DNA from: a virus
Strand: one strand, 5' to 3'
Virus record (IMG/VR): IMGVR_UViG_3300047554_000255
Span: 32,001 to 96,000 of that record
DNA: 64,000 nucleotides
In this document: positions 46,637 through 57,300 of the stretch, in pieces
Numbering within the stretch: position 1 is the stretch's first letter
Layout: each line of letters opens with the position of its first letter
Translations under genes and position numbers: made by a program
Notes under the pieces: generated by a model
Told to the model about the DNA's origin: nothing
Database searches by the model: none
Seen by the model: only the letters and a program-made list of their open reading frames with translations

Positions 46637-47155
46637 TTAAGCAGCTTTTGTTGTTACGCTAATAGTTACTGAAGAACAGTTAGTACCACCTGCACTAACA
46701 CTAGCTACTTTAAAGTAATAAGTTGTAGCTGCGGTTAATCCAGTAATCTCTTTTGTTGATAATCCAGTAACGACTACATCAGTCCATGTAGAAGCTGATG
46801 ATGTTTTGTATTGTAATGTTAAGCTAGTTGTATCAGCAGCTGTATTCCATGCAACAGTAATTGCACTAGCTGTAATAACAGTTGAGCGTAACTTAGTTAC
46901 ACACTTTAATGTTGGGCTAATACACTCTGGAGCAGTAATACCAACAATAAGCTTTTGCAAGATCTCATCTAAACGTTCTCCGTTTGTAATCTTTGCTTCT
47001 AAGATATTATCTCCTGAGTATTTAACACAACCAAGTAATGCTAACTCTTCGCATGGTTCTCCATCAACACAAGCAGTTGTTATTGCTGGTACTGGAGGAC
47101 AACCTGCACATGGGTTGCAATTAGATAAAGGCAAAGATGAATCGCTGCAGCTCAT
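46637..47155 (-). CDS. Cys-rich virion protein with C-terminal FN3 domain
   Basis: ITVAW...LQYK...W...ITGLTAATTYYFKV. Confidence 0.65.
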   Translation of the reverse strand: MSCSDSSLPLSNCNPCAGCPPVPAITTACVDGEPCEELALLGCVKYSGDNILEAKITNGERLDEILQKLIVGITAPECISPTLKCVTKLRSTVITASAITVAWNTAADTTSLTLQYKTSSASTWTDVVVTGLSTKEITGLTAATTYYFKVASVSAGGTNCSSVTISVTTKAA

Positions 47156-47167
47156 AGTTTAGTGGTA

Positions 47168-48673
47168 TTAAGATACTGTTGGTGTTCCTGCAATCGTTGG
47201 AGGTAATCCGCAAGTTGTAGAACCAGTGTCAGTGTTTAAAGTAGTATATGGAGCAGATGGACAAACTACAGGAGCTAGGCTACCAATAGTTGTTGTTGCT
47301 CTAACTTTGTATGCAGTTCCTTGTAACAAGTTAGTGAATACGTCAGATACAATTGCTTGTGGGTTAGTAAAGGTCTTTGTTGAAAGAACAACATCACCAC
47401 TTGATAATAATTCGATCTTGTATACTGCGTTGTCGTTAATAGGAGGAGCAAACGAGAATGCCATTGTTGTTGCTCCTGGAACTACAGTTAATGTAGGGCA
47501 AGAGTTTGTAGCACTATCAGATCCTTTTGTAATAGTCTTGTTACACTGAACACCAGAGTTTGTCAATGATGAAGCAAGTGTAAACGTTAACTTAGTAGCT
47601 AAGTTCAACGGTGTTCCAGATAACTGAATCACAAGTGGGTTAGCAGAGTTAACAACACCAATAACGTCAACGTAGATTGGGTGTGAGTTACCAAGAGCAT
47701 CTGTAATAGTTAACTTAGATCCTTTTGAATCTGTGTTAGTCCATCCAGTAGGTACAGAGCTGTAACCACTAAAGAACAAGTTAACCGCAGTACCATTGTT
47801 AATCATTGCAGGAGCAAAGTCAACAATAACGTTTGCACAATCTGGCTTGATCAAGTCTTTTATGTTATTGAATGCTGTACGTAAATCAATAAGAGTAACC
47901 CATAAGTTAGAGATAGTATCTGCAACTGTACTAACTGTTGGTTTCCAACCAGTTAAAGCAGACATAGTACCTGTAACAGATAATGCAGGAGAAGTACTTA
48001 ATGAACTTGGTTGTAATCCAGCAGCAGCTGTTATCGCTGAGTTAGTACCTAATGCTGTACGAATACCACAAACCTGAGCTTGTAGATTTAATAAAGCATC
48101 GCTAATAGATTGTGTAGTAGTTGTACCACCACAAGTTAAAGTAACTTGACCCTCTGTAGCTGAGTTTCCTAATACTGCTTGTTCTAATACAGTAATACGA
48201 TTACCGTAAGAACTAAGAGTTGAAGTATGTGCACTAACAGTACCATCAATAGTACAAACCTTAAGCCCAATAAGACGTGTATATTCAGTATGCTGTTTTG
48301 TTGTTATTGGATCTCCATTACTATCTGTTGTTCTGAAACATTGTGCAATAGTAATAAGAGGATCTTCAACAGTTGGTCCAGCACCAATATCATTAATAAG
48401 ATCTTCTAAGGTACACGTTTTTGTAATCAAAAGAGTTAAGATGTTCTCGATTGATTTATCTGTAACGTTAACGCTTGTTAAACAAGACAAGTCAACGTCT
48501 AAGTTTTGATTACCTGAGTTACAGATAAAATCTGCAAGCTTGTATATAACAGATGATACAGTGTCTCCTGTGCATAAACTTAAACATGGTAAGGCAGGAC
48601 CTTGCCAAATAACGCAGTTTGATGATACTGGAGAGCACCCTTGATCTGCTGTATTAGAACGTGTGGGTAGCAT
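47168..48673 (-). CDS. virion/tail fibre-associated protein (Cys-rich N-terminus, coiled coils, FN3-like C-terminus)
   Basis: 501 aa; CSPVSSNCVIWQGP..C N-terminal motif and FTNLLQGTAYKVRA. Confidence 0.6.
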   Translation of the reverse strand: MLPTRSNTADQGCSPVSSNCVIWQGPALPCLSLCTGDTVSSVIYKLADFICNSGNQNLDVDLSCLTSVNVTDKSIENILTLLITKTCTLEDLINDIGAGPTVEDPLITIAQCFRTTDSNGDPITTKQHTEYTRLIGLKVCTIDGTVSAHTSTLSSYGNRITVLEQAVLGNSATEGQVTLTCGGTTTTQSISDALLNLQAQVCGIRTALGTNSAITAAAGLQPSSLSTSPALSVTGTMSALTGWKPTVSTVADTISNLWVTLIDLRTAFNNIKDLIKPDCANVIVDFAPAMINNGTAVNLFFSGYSSVPTGWTNTDSKGSKLTITDALGNSHPIYVDVIGVVNSANPLVIQLSGTPLNLATKLTFTLASSLTNSGVQCNKTITKGSDSATNSCPTLTVVPGATTMAFSFAPPINDNAVYKIELLSSGDVVLSTKTFTNPQAIVSDVFTNLLQGTAYKVRATTTIGSLAPVVCPSAPYTTLNTDTGSTTCGLPPTIAGTPTVS

Positions 48674-48706
48674 AGGGCTTAATATTAGTGTCTGGATTAC
48701 TTCAGT

Positions 48707-48722
48707 CTACATTATAATATAC
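48707..48722 (-). promoter_or_regulatory. putative phage late promoter GTATATTATAATGTAG
   Basis: Exact 16-bp copy of 49363-49378, located just downstream of a terminator. Confidence 0.7.
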
Positions 48723-48741
48723 TTAAATCTGAGGTACTTTA

Positions 48742-48783
48742 CAAATAAAAACAAAGAAGCCATGAATAATATACTCATGGCTT
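48742..48783 (-). terminator. intrinsic terminator
   Basis: The - strand reads AAGCCATGA-gtatattat-TCATGGCTT-CTTTGTTTTTATTTG. Confidence 0.75.
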
Positions 48784-48817
48784 ACTTATACTATATGAGG
48801 AATAATAAGGGTTAGAA

Positions 48818-49333
48818 TTACTCAACTGATGCAGTTGGCTTTTCCTCTTTTTTTGTCTTCAAGAGTTTGAAGAGCACGGGGTAGGACTCGTCTGTTTTAA
48901 AATCAAACGCGGCAATCGTAAATGGATAGTGAGAAACATCTTTTGTTTCACTGAATAACTTATTCATCTCTTCGTTGAACTCAACAAACTTAGGGTTGAA
49001 CTGCTTTAACTCTTTACCGTCTTCTCCTAACTTTGGTTGACCTTCCTCGTCAAGAACTGGAATAGTCATTGGTAAGTTGTATCCACCTTTATCATCAGCT
49101 TCACCAAGCTTCGTGATTAACTCCTCACGTAACTTATCAACTGTCTTTTTGTGAGCAGCGATGGTGTCTGATAAATCAGTTAACCAGTAACGGTGAACCA
49201 TTGATAAAGGATGACCAAGAACTCCTTTTGTAACTTTCTCACCAGTCTGTTGATCGACTTGTCCGTTGATCTCTGACTCAAGTAAGTAAATCTCCCCAAT
49301 GCTTAGGGTAGTAACTAGATTGTTTTTTGACAT
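48818..49333 (-). CDS. hypothetical protein (helical, possible fibre-assembly chaperone)
   Basis: 171 aa and charged, with its own promoter and terminator. Confidence 0.6.
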   Translation of the reverse strand: MSKNNLVTTLSIGEIYLLESEINGQVDQQTGEKVTKGVLGHPLSMVHRYWLTDLSDTIAAHKKTVDKLREELITKLGEADDKGGYNLPMTIPVLDEEGQPKLGEDGKELKQFNPKFVEFNEEMNKLFSETKDVSHYPFTIAAFDFKTDESYPVLFKLLKTKKEEKPTASVE

Positions 49334-49362
49334 GATGGTTGTATTTGGTTTGTAAATATATA

Positions 49363-49378
49363 CTACATTATAATATAC
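49363..49378 (-). promoter_or_regulatory. putative phage late promoter GTATATTATAATGTAG
   Basis: Exact 16-bp copy of 48707-48722. Confidence 0.7.
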
Positions 49379-49393
49379 CTATAATCTGGCAGA

Positions 49394-51691
49394 CTAGCAA
49401 GGCCCCAGCTCATTAGGTGTTGAGTAACTGTATGATACGCTTGTTCCTTCTTTGAAACAGATTGTCAAGAATGAACCATCTGATATAGCATCTGATTGTA
49501 AATGGTTGCTGCAATCAGTCCACTCAATGTAATCAGTTAAGCCAAATCCGTTATAGTTATCCATTCTCCATGAGATACAAGCAGGTGGAGGAGTGTAGCA
49601 GCCATTGCTTACTGAGTTGTATTCAATAACTCTAACACCACAACTTGTTGAAGAACAAGGATTTTGTTGAGCTTGGTTAATAACCCAGTTAGGACCTTGA
49701 CAGTATGCATTACCAGTATCCTGACAGTTAGATGTATAGTTACAAGAAACACCTGTTGGTTGACCACCCACATAAACTTTATTCCCTGCTTGATTCTCAA
49801 CATAGTATTGACCATTTGTTGATGAGCAACTGTTTGTGTCTTTATAAACAGGAGCGTTATAGCATTCGTAACAGCTTGTATAATTCTGATAAGTAAATAT
49901 TGGTGCAGTGTTTCCAGCACATGGATCATAACATCCGTTTGCAACAGAGTTATACTCAATAACACGAACACCACAACCAGCAGAAGAACAAGGGTTAGCT
50001 TGATACTGATTGATAACCCAGTTTGATCCTTGGCAATAAGCTGATCCTGTATCTTGACAGTTAGATGTTGTTGATGGATATGGATTAGATGGATTATTCA
50101 TTAACCATGTACCATTCAATAAATAGATATATGGTCCACCATAACAAGTGTTACTATTCTGGTATACTGGTGTTTGATTAACAGTACCATTACTACAAGT
50201 ATGATATGTACCTATTTGATCTCCTTGTGTCTGTAAAGTTGATTGTCCACAACATCCACCACAATCTGCTGAGTTATATTGATAAACAGCTCCCTGTCTT
50301 GTTTGTCCGTTTGTTGATGAACAAGGACCAGCTATATCTGTCTGAACATAATACTTGTCACATGTACCATAGCAATCATACGTGCCATTATTCTGCCAAT
50401 TAGGAACATCGTCACAACAGTTATAAGAGGTTGTGCGTTGGATTGATCCATTATAAGCTGGAGGAACTGTACACTGAGTTGTTGTACCACCAACATATGT
50501 ATAGACAGCACCATTTGATGGTAACACATATCTATTATTTATACCAAGAGGTACAATAGTTGTAAACGCATAATCAGAAGGACTACAACCGATTAACTCA
50601 TAATACGTTACTGATGGTATTGTAGTATAAGAACTTGTGTTTGTTGTACTTGCTGTAAACGTACCGCTAGTAATTGCTGCAGATACAGTATGATCAGCTG
50701 TACCAGAAGTAGCGTAGAAGAATAACGTATAGTTAAAACCAGAACTAATAGGCTTCTTTAATGTGACACTAATATTACCACCACTTTGATTTTGTTGATA
50801 TGTATCTAAAGTATAATAGTCACTGGTAGGTGCTGGGCATAGTTGATCGTCATAAAGTATTTTTTCAAACGCATCTAGGTATAAACCAGCTGGTAAATCA
50901 ACAGTTAAGGTGCCACCAATAACTTTGCAACCAGTATTTGTAACATTAACTATATAACGTTTTACTGTAGTACAACCAGCAATCGCTTCTTGATCTGTTG
51001 TAATACTAATACCAAGAGTTGTTGGACTTATAGTAAATGTTTTTGCTGCTTCAACAGTAACTAAACCATCACAGCCTAAACCAGAAAAACTAGCTGTATT
51101 TGTATAAGTTGCTCCACCACCTGTTACTCTTGCATTAAACGCTACAGTATATGTATGACCATTACCAATAGGTTTTGCAAATGCAATATCAATATGAGCA
51201 GAGTCTAATGCTACAACTACATAGTAATCAGATGTTGGTAAGGGCCAATCATTAGCACCAGGACCAATAGCTTTACCATCATAGTAGACATATCTAAATG
51301 ATGTAATCTCAATACCAGCAGGAACGTAGTTAAGAAATCTTGGTGAACCACCAGACTTTTGTGTTGCAGCTCCAGCACCAATCTGAAACTTATAAACAAA
51401 CTCATCAGTACAATCTGGTGTTATTACTTCACCGTTTATAGGAGACACAATAGTCTGTGTCATTGTAGGAACAAACTCATCACAAGCAATAGCAACTAGA
51501 TCTTGAAATCTAGGGCATCTATTATCTGTATAAGTAGAAAAGGGACTAACTGTTGTATCAACTGTATAGTAAGTATTAACCTCTCCCTTTGTAACACACT
51601 TGTTATTTATAGGAGGATTAGTACCTGCTTTTACAGGAAAACCCATTGTGCTGAGTTCTTCGAATGTTACAAGAGCATCATTAACCTTCAT
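49394..51691 (-). CDS. Cys-rich tail fibre tip/adhesin with Ig-like domains and internal repeats
   Basis: 765 aa with two beta-sandwich-like repeats and a Cys-rich repeat region. It follows the collagen fibre gene. Confidence 0.6.
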   Translation of the reverse strand: MKVNDALVTFEELSTMGFPVKAGTNPPINNKCVTKGEVNTYYTVDTTVSPFSTYTDNRCPRFQDLVAIACDEFVPTMTQTIVSPINGEVITPDCTDEFVYKFQIGAGAATQKSGGSPRFLNYVPAGIEITSFRYVYYDGKAIGPGANDWPLPTSDYYVVVALDSAHIDIAFAKPIGNGHTYTVAFNARVTGGGATYTNTASFSGLGCDGLVTVEAAKTFTISPTTLGISITTDQEAIAGCTTVKRYIVNVTNTGCKVIGGTLTVDLPAGLYLDAFEKILYDDQLCPAPTSDYYTLDTYQQNQSGGNISVTLKKPISSGFNYTLFFYATSGTADHTVSAAITSGTFTASTTNTSSYTTIPSVTYYELIGCSPSDYAFTTIVPLGINNRYVLPSNGAVYTYVGGTTTQCTVPPAYNGSIQRTTSYNCCDDVPNWQNNGTYDCYGTCDKYYVQTDIAGPCSSTNGQTRQGAVYQYNSADCGGCCGQSTLQTQGDQIGTYHTCSNGTVNQTPVYQNSNTCYGGPYIYLLNGTWLMNNPSNPYPSTTSNCQDTGSAYCQGSNWVINQYQANPCSSAGCGVRVIEYNSVANGCYDPCAGNTAPIFTYQNYTSCYECYNAPVYKDTNSCSSTNGQYYVENQAGNKVYVGGQPTGVSCNYTSNCQDTGNAYCQGPNWVINQAQQNPCSSTSCGVRVIEYNSVSNGCYTPPPACISWRMDNYNGFGLTDYIEWTDCSNHLQSDAISDGSFLTICFKEGTSVSYSYSTPNELGPC
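49595..50068 (-). repeat. 141-bp (47-aa) internal duplication
   Basis: TSNCQDTG.AYCQG.NWVINQ.Q.NPCSS..CGVRVIEYNSV.NGCY at 49928-50068 and 49595-49735. Confidence 0.9.
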
Positions 51692-51694
51692 GTA

Positions 51695-53446
51695 TTACTT
51701 AAGCTTTTCTTGTAGTTCCTGAACTGCTTTTAAAAGTATTGCAATAGTTGATGGGATATCCATCGTGTCGTGATTAACTGTTGCCAGTTCTGCTGGAGTA
51801 TCATCTGCTATAAATCCTATATGTTTTACTGTAGGATCAGCTTTATACGCAAAGTTTACAATCTTAGTCTTGTTGATAATATCTAAGGCAGATGATGTAA
51901 AGTCAGTGATATCAGTCTTCTTTGCTCTTGATGATGTTTGGTAGAATGCTCCTGCATATAAGTTGTTACCACTAACATAGATATTAGGGTTTGTAAATGC
52001 AGCTGTTTCTGTACCGTTTGATATAACAAGAGCATTATTGGTTGCTGGAAAAATAGCATCAAAACCAGTACCAGCAGGTCCTGTATCACCAGTATCCCCT
52101 TTGTCACCCTTATCACCTTTAATACCTTGTGGTATTGTAAAGTCAAATATTGCAGCTGCATTTGTACCACTGTTTGTTATTGCAGCAGCACTTCCAGCGG
52201 CACCTGTGGTAACAGTTCCTAAACTAATAGTAGCAGCTGTTCCTGTATCACCTTTAGCTCCTTTTGGAATAGTAAAGTTGAATATAGCTGCAGCTGTTGT
52301 ACCAGAGTTTGTAATAGCAACATCTGTACCAGCATCCCCAGTTGTTACAGTACCAAGAGCAATAGTTGCAGCAGCACCATTATTACCCGTGTCACCTTTA
52401 TCACCTTTTGCTCCAGTATCACCTTTAACGCCTGCAATACCTTGATCTCCTTTATCTCCCTTAACACCTTGAATACCCTGTGGTCCTTGCGGTCCAACAA
52501 TGTTACCAACGTTTTCCCATGCACCAGCAGATGCACTCCATACATATAAGTCACCATTAGGACTTGTAACAATATATGCATCACCTTGTGTGTTACCAGA
52601 TGCAGGTAAAGAAGCAACGTCTGCAACAGTACCAAGTAAAGTTAATCCTGTACCTGATGCACCGACGGGACCAGGTATACCTTGAACACCTTGTGCACCA
52701 TCATTACCTTTATCCCCTTGAGGACCTCTTGGACCCGCAGGTCCTTGTATACCTGTTTCTCCCTTATCACCCTTGTCTCCTTTTGGTCCTTGTAAACCAG
52801 TAGCTCCTTGTGGTCCAACAGGCCCAACAGGACCTTGTGGCCCCATAGCACCTTCTGCACCAGAACATCCTGGAATACCTTGTAATCCTTGAGGACCAGT
52901 AGCACCAGTTGCACCTGTATTACCACGGTCTCCTTTGTCTCCTTTAAGTCCTTGTGGACCTTGAGGACCAACAGGACCTGGAACTGTACTAGCTGCACCA
53001 GTATCACCTTTTGGACCAGTAGGACCTGTTAATCCAATAGGACCTTGTGGACCAGTTAAACCTGTATCTCCCTTTAATCCTTGCGGACCAGCTGGACCAG
53101 TATTACCTGCGGGACCTTGACCACCGACAATTGTACCCTTTACTACCCATGAGTCACTTTCTTTTCTATAGAAAGTACCTGACGTAGTAATAAGGTACAT
53201 GTCGTTGTTCAAACCAAATGAGTCTAGTGGAGCCGTTGTGCCTGTATACCACTTACTTCCTGTACCAACATTGTATGTTGACAATATATCTCTAACCCAA
53301 GCTGTTGTAGGAACAGTATTTGAGTCATCAAGTACAGATGGAGTATGGGCTTTTATAAACTTTGTAACAGTAAGGTTACCTGGTAATACTATATCACCAT
53401 TGCAATCTTTCTTTATAAAGTCTTTTAGGTTTAACGGCTTATTCAT
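51695..53446 (-). CDS. collagen-like tail fibre with C-terminal intramolecular chaperone (peptidase S74-like)
   Basis: Long Gly-X-Y runs; [10 protein letters not shown]...HIGFIADD...[11 protein letters not shown] at 53446. Confidence 0.85.
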   Translation of the reverse strand: MNKPLNLKDFIKKDCNGDIVLPGNLTVTKFIKAHTPSVLDDSNTVPTTAWVRDILSTYNVGTGSKWYTGTTAPLDSFGLNNDMYLITTSGTFYRKESDSWVVKGTIVGGQGPAGNTGPAGPQGLKGDTGLTGPQGPIGLTGPTGPKGDTGAASTVPGPVGPQGPQGLKGDKGDRGNTGATGATGPQGLQGIPGCSGAEGAMGPQGPVGPVGPQGATGLQGPKGDKGDKGETGIQGPAGPRGPQGDKGNDGAQGVQGIPGPVGASGTGLTLLGTVADVASLPASGNTQGDAYIVTSPNGDLYVWSASAGAWENVGNIVGPQGPQGIQGVKGDKGDQGIAGVKGDTGAKGDKGDTGNNGAAATIALGTVTTGDAGTDVAITNSGTTAAAIFNFTIPKGAKGDTGTAATISLGTVTTGAAGSAAAITNSGTNAAAIFDFTIPQGIKGDKGDKGDTGDTGPAGTGFDAIFPATNNALVISNGTETAAFTNPNIYVSGNNLYAGAFYQTSSRAKKTDITDFTSSALDIINKTKIVNFAYKADPTVKHIGFIADDTPAELATVNHDTMDIPSTIAILLKAVQELQEKLK

Positions 53447-53480
53447 TATCAACTAGGGTATACTATAAGATACTTATTTA

Positions 53481-53912
53481 TTAGCAGTCAACTACGTTCT
53501 CTGCTCCAAATAAACCAACTAACTTAGCTTTTAAGTGTGAGTATCCAAATGCAAAGATATCAACACCTTCCGCAGAAGATAAGTCTGGTACTGAAACTGT
53601 AATGGTTTCAACACGGTCAGGTAGTTGATTACCATCAGCATCTAAACCTACTGTTGGATAACTCATTGTACGCTCTTCTTGCTTAGTAAGTTGAACGTAG
53701 ATTGTATCACCAATCTGCTGGTTACGAGCTTGTGATCCAGCCAATGTAGGCATGTTTGGTGTTGATGGAGTTGCATCTGCTTCTGATTGAAAGATCTCAA
53801 TGTGGAATGATGCCGAACCATACTTGTTTAACTGATAGTTAGCAATACGTACATACGCTTCTGCTGTAATACCTTTGTCTGTCCCAATCTGGGTAGTAAT
53901 CTTTAATGCCAT
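53481..53912 (-). CDS. fibre-associated small protein (paralog of the next gene)
   Basis: MALKITTQIGTDKGITAEAYVRI... is similar along its length to 53925-54344. Confidence 0.6.
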   Translation of the reverse strand: MALKITTQIGTDKGITAEAYVRIANYQLNKYGSASFHIEIFQSEADATPSTPNMPTLAGSQARNQQIGDTIYVQLTKQEERTMSYPTVGLDADGNQLPDRVETITVSVPDLSSAEGVDIFAFGYSHLKAKLVGLFGAENVVDC

Positions 53913-53924
53913 AATATATTTTGT

Positions 53925-54344
53925 TTAAACTGTTTCAATGTTTTCTTCTCCGTATAATGATGCTAGTTTTTCACCTAGCTTTTCGTATCCTACTTCAAAG
54001 ATAGTCTTTGTTTCAAATACTGACAAGTCAGATACTTTCTTATAGAAGGTTTCTTCCATCTCTGTATCAACTCCATCAACTTGTTTAGTGATAGTCTTTG
54101 TATAAGCAATACGATTGGTCATCTTTAGATCTAATGATATACCAATCTCTTTTGACTGTAGTTTGTTAGGATGAATAGTAGGAATATACGCTGTATCGTA
54201 GGTAGTTGCATCTTTATCTTTAAAGATATCAATAATGAATACTATATCTCCGTTTTTGTTAATATTGTATCCGCCAATACGAACGTAAGCTCCTGTAATA
54301 ATCCCAGCATCAGTGCCTATGGGAGTGTTAATCTTAAATGCCAT
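53925..54344 (-). CDS. fibre-associated small protein (paralog of the previous gene)
   Basis: MAFKINTPIGTDAGIITGAYVRI... Confidence 0.6.
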   Translation of the reverse strand: MAFKINTPIGTDAGIITGAYVRIGGYNINKNGDIVFIIDIFKDKDATTYDTAYIPTIHPNKLQSKEIGISLDLKMTNRIAYTKTITKQVDGVDTEMEETFYKKVSDLSVFETKTIFEVGYEKLGEKLASLYGEENIETV

Positions 54345-54348
54345 ATGT

Positions 54349-57300
54349 TTAGTTGTTAGTTAATTGTTCTACTAATGCTTCTAGTCTTGTAATCTTTATG
54401 TTTTGTTCTTTTATAGCTTCTGCTAATACTGATACAATTTGAGCATATTCTACGTTGTACTCATCAATCTCTTCTGCATATCTAACTGCTTCAGGTAATA
54501 CTTGTTCTAGTTCTTGAGCAATAAACCCAACTCTCTTACTTTTAGCTTCATCACTAATATAGTTAAAGTATACACCTCTCATGTTAAGTACTTTATCTAA
54601 AGCTCCAGTAATACTTGATATGTTTTCTTTTGCTCTTCTATCAGACCAAGTAGTCCATCCATATTGAGACGAACCATATTTAACACAACGGAAACCATCA
54701 CCTGAATATGTATTATCCGTTCCTATACCCCAACAGTTATTACCTCTATTAAAGAAAAGTTGCCAAGCCCAGTCATCGTTATTATAAAACCCAAAATTAC
54801 CTGAGCTATCTTGCATAAGAATAACTCTATAGTTATTCATTATTGCATATCCTGCGTGACCTCCTGTATTTGTTCCATAAGTAGCTATTGTTCCATACGA
54901 TGTATTATATCCAGCTGCCCTAATCCCTTGACCTTGATTATCCTGATACCATCCTGTATTTCCTCCTGATGAATAAACCCAACCGTCGGAATAAAGATAC
55001 TCACCTTGAACCTTTCTTGCTGACTGAAAAGAACCATCATTATTACACCAAGCTCCCCATCCATCTGAACTATTTAAAAATCCAATACGATTGGAATTAC
55101 AGTGAATGCGCCTTTGTGTTTCATCTGTATCCCCCATCCATATATTACTAGATGTCTGCCCATATCCTACAATAAGATTACCGTGAATATGAGTAGTTTT
55201 TGAGCCATCTATTCTAAGTGCCCAGTTTCTATCAGAAGTTAATATACCAACTTGATTACCAGTATCAGCATATATATATCCTCTAGCAACAGCATCAGAT
55301 GTAGTTAATCTCAATCCGATATTACTTGTTCCTGACCTTAAAAAAATATCATTCGCATTTTCAGGATATATATGCCAACCAGTGTTAGACCAGTATATAC
55401 CATTGTTGTTAGTATGGTTTCTAAACCAGCCACCTGTTGTATATATATCATTTGACCTAAAAGAACCTGTTGCAGTCGCTATACCTTCATAATCTACTCT
55501 AAATCTAACTTCTGGTAAATCAGAACCTGCACCAGATGTACCTGTTCCAGATTTAATAGCCACAACAAAATCCGAGCGTTCTGAACCTGGGGTATCTCTA
55601 TAGTATCCGCCTAACCATATATGAGGAGCAACATCATATGCTGTACTCCCACTATAGTTCATAAGACCGTTAATTGCAATACCTGCATAAAATAATCCAG
55701 CTCCTGTTCTTGTACTATATGGTCCTAAAACAATATTATGACAGTTACCATTTATTACTGATTCACCATTAGTCCAAGAAGAAATTCTTAATCTACCCCC
55801 AGCATTGTTAGCTGCTTGTACTTGACCATTACTTAAATTTACTCGATAAGCTCTAGTCTGACCATCTCCATCAAAAAAATAAGTCCTATCATTATTATCG
55901 TAAAAGATAGTTCCATACATAGCTCCACCAGACTCAATGTAGTTTGGAGCATACATATAGGTACCTGCAATAATACCATCTCTAGCTTTTATATTTCCTG
56001 ATATTGCTGCCAAGAATGAGCCATTTTCCATTACTAGCAAACCGTGCGTATTTAGGTTGCCAGCGACACCTCCTGCATTAGGATGTGACCAAGCTAAACC
56101 ATATAAACTTCCAGTAGAAGAACCATTTAATGGGAGCTTATAAGCATCCCCCATAGCAAAAATACCTTGATAAACAGTTGATGAATAAGCTCCTACTATT
56201 GTAGAACCATAGTTATTATTAAGATATAGATGCTGATTAATAAAAACATTATCACCCGCATCCCATCGTAGATTCCATCCTCCATTCTGTGATTGATGCG
56301 AGCCTCTACCTAGTCTCCAATCGTTTGTACCAAAGTTATTCATTAACCCCCAGTATTGTCCGCCATTATTCATAGCAAAACCACCGTTGTTGTTGTACCC
56401 ATTTGCAACAAATGAATACCCGGCATTTACAGATGTGGTTCCAGTTAATGTGCCTCCCGATAAAGGAAGAGCGTACGATGAATAATTAGCAGAAGACAAC
56501 ATAGTTAACCAGTTGCCCCAACTGCCTGAATAACCTTGTCTGAAATACAATGTACCATTACCAGATGTGCCGTAAGTACCCTGTAATTGCCACATAGTAT
56601 CCGACGCTGCCATATGAAGCAATGGAGCGTATGTTACAGCAGCACCAGAACCGTTTTCATTCCTAAGTACGCAAGAATACCCTCTGCTAAGACTAACGGT
56701 GCCTGTTCCGAGGAAATCTGCATTCAAGCCAGCTACTGTTTGCCCTCCAATATTTCCTGCATCAATTACATCATAAAACGTACTACCGCTTCTTCTTTGC
56801 TTAAATACTCCTTCAGCCCATCCGTTACCATTTGAATTAAGATAAATAGAACCGTTAGTAATTAATCTATAACTAGTATTAATATCTTGACCTATACCTA
56901 TATAATCTGCATAGATTCCATTTACACGAGATGTGCTTGCAAAGTTTCCGTAATAACCAGTGTCATTTATATCATAAAATATTGGAGCCCGCATATCGCC
57001 TGCGGCATAAACTGTAGAGGCAGAATATATATACCCATTATAGTTAGATATCATTGCAGCAATATTGCTGCCAGCAATATATCCTGTCCAACCAGATGGC
57101 ATAGCTATACCAGAGCTGCCACCCATAAACATTAATTCTGCACCAACAGTAGTATAACTTCCAATAGTTTGACCAGATTGACTTCCTCTATTAAACCAAA
57201 ATAACCCCCATTGTTTTGCGTTTTCTTTCCATAGCCAGTTATTATTTTCCGATGCATTAGATTCAAGTATAACTGCTCCATCTGTGTTGTTTACAATAGA

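Noticed and set aside
49595-50068. Diversity-generating retroelement TR/VR pair
   Set aside because: Both copies are in-frame within one gene, the differences are not adenine-specific, and there is no reverse transcriptase in the window.
52060-53130. CRISPR-like or tandem DNA repeats
   Set aside because: The periodicity comes from collagen Gly-X-Y codons; there is no repeat-spacer structure.
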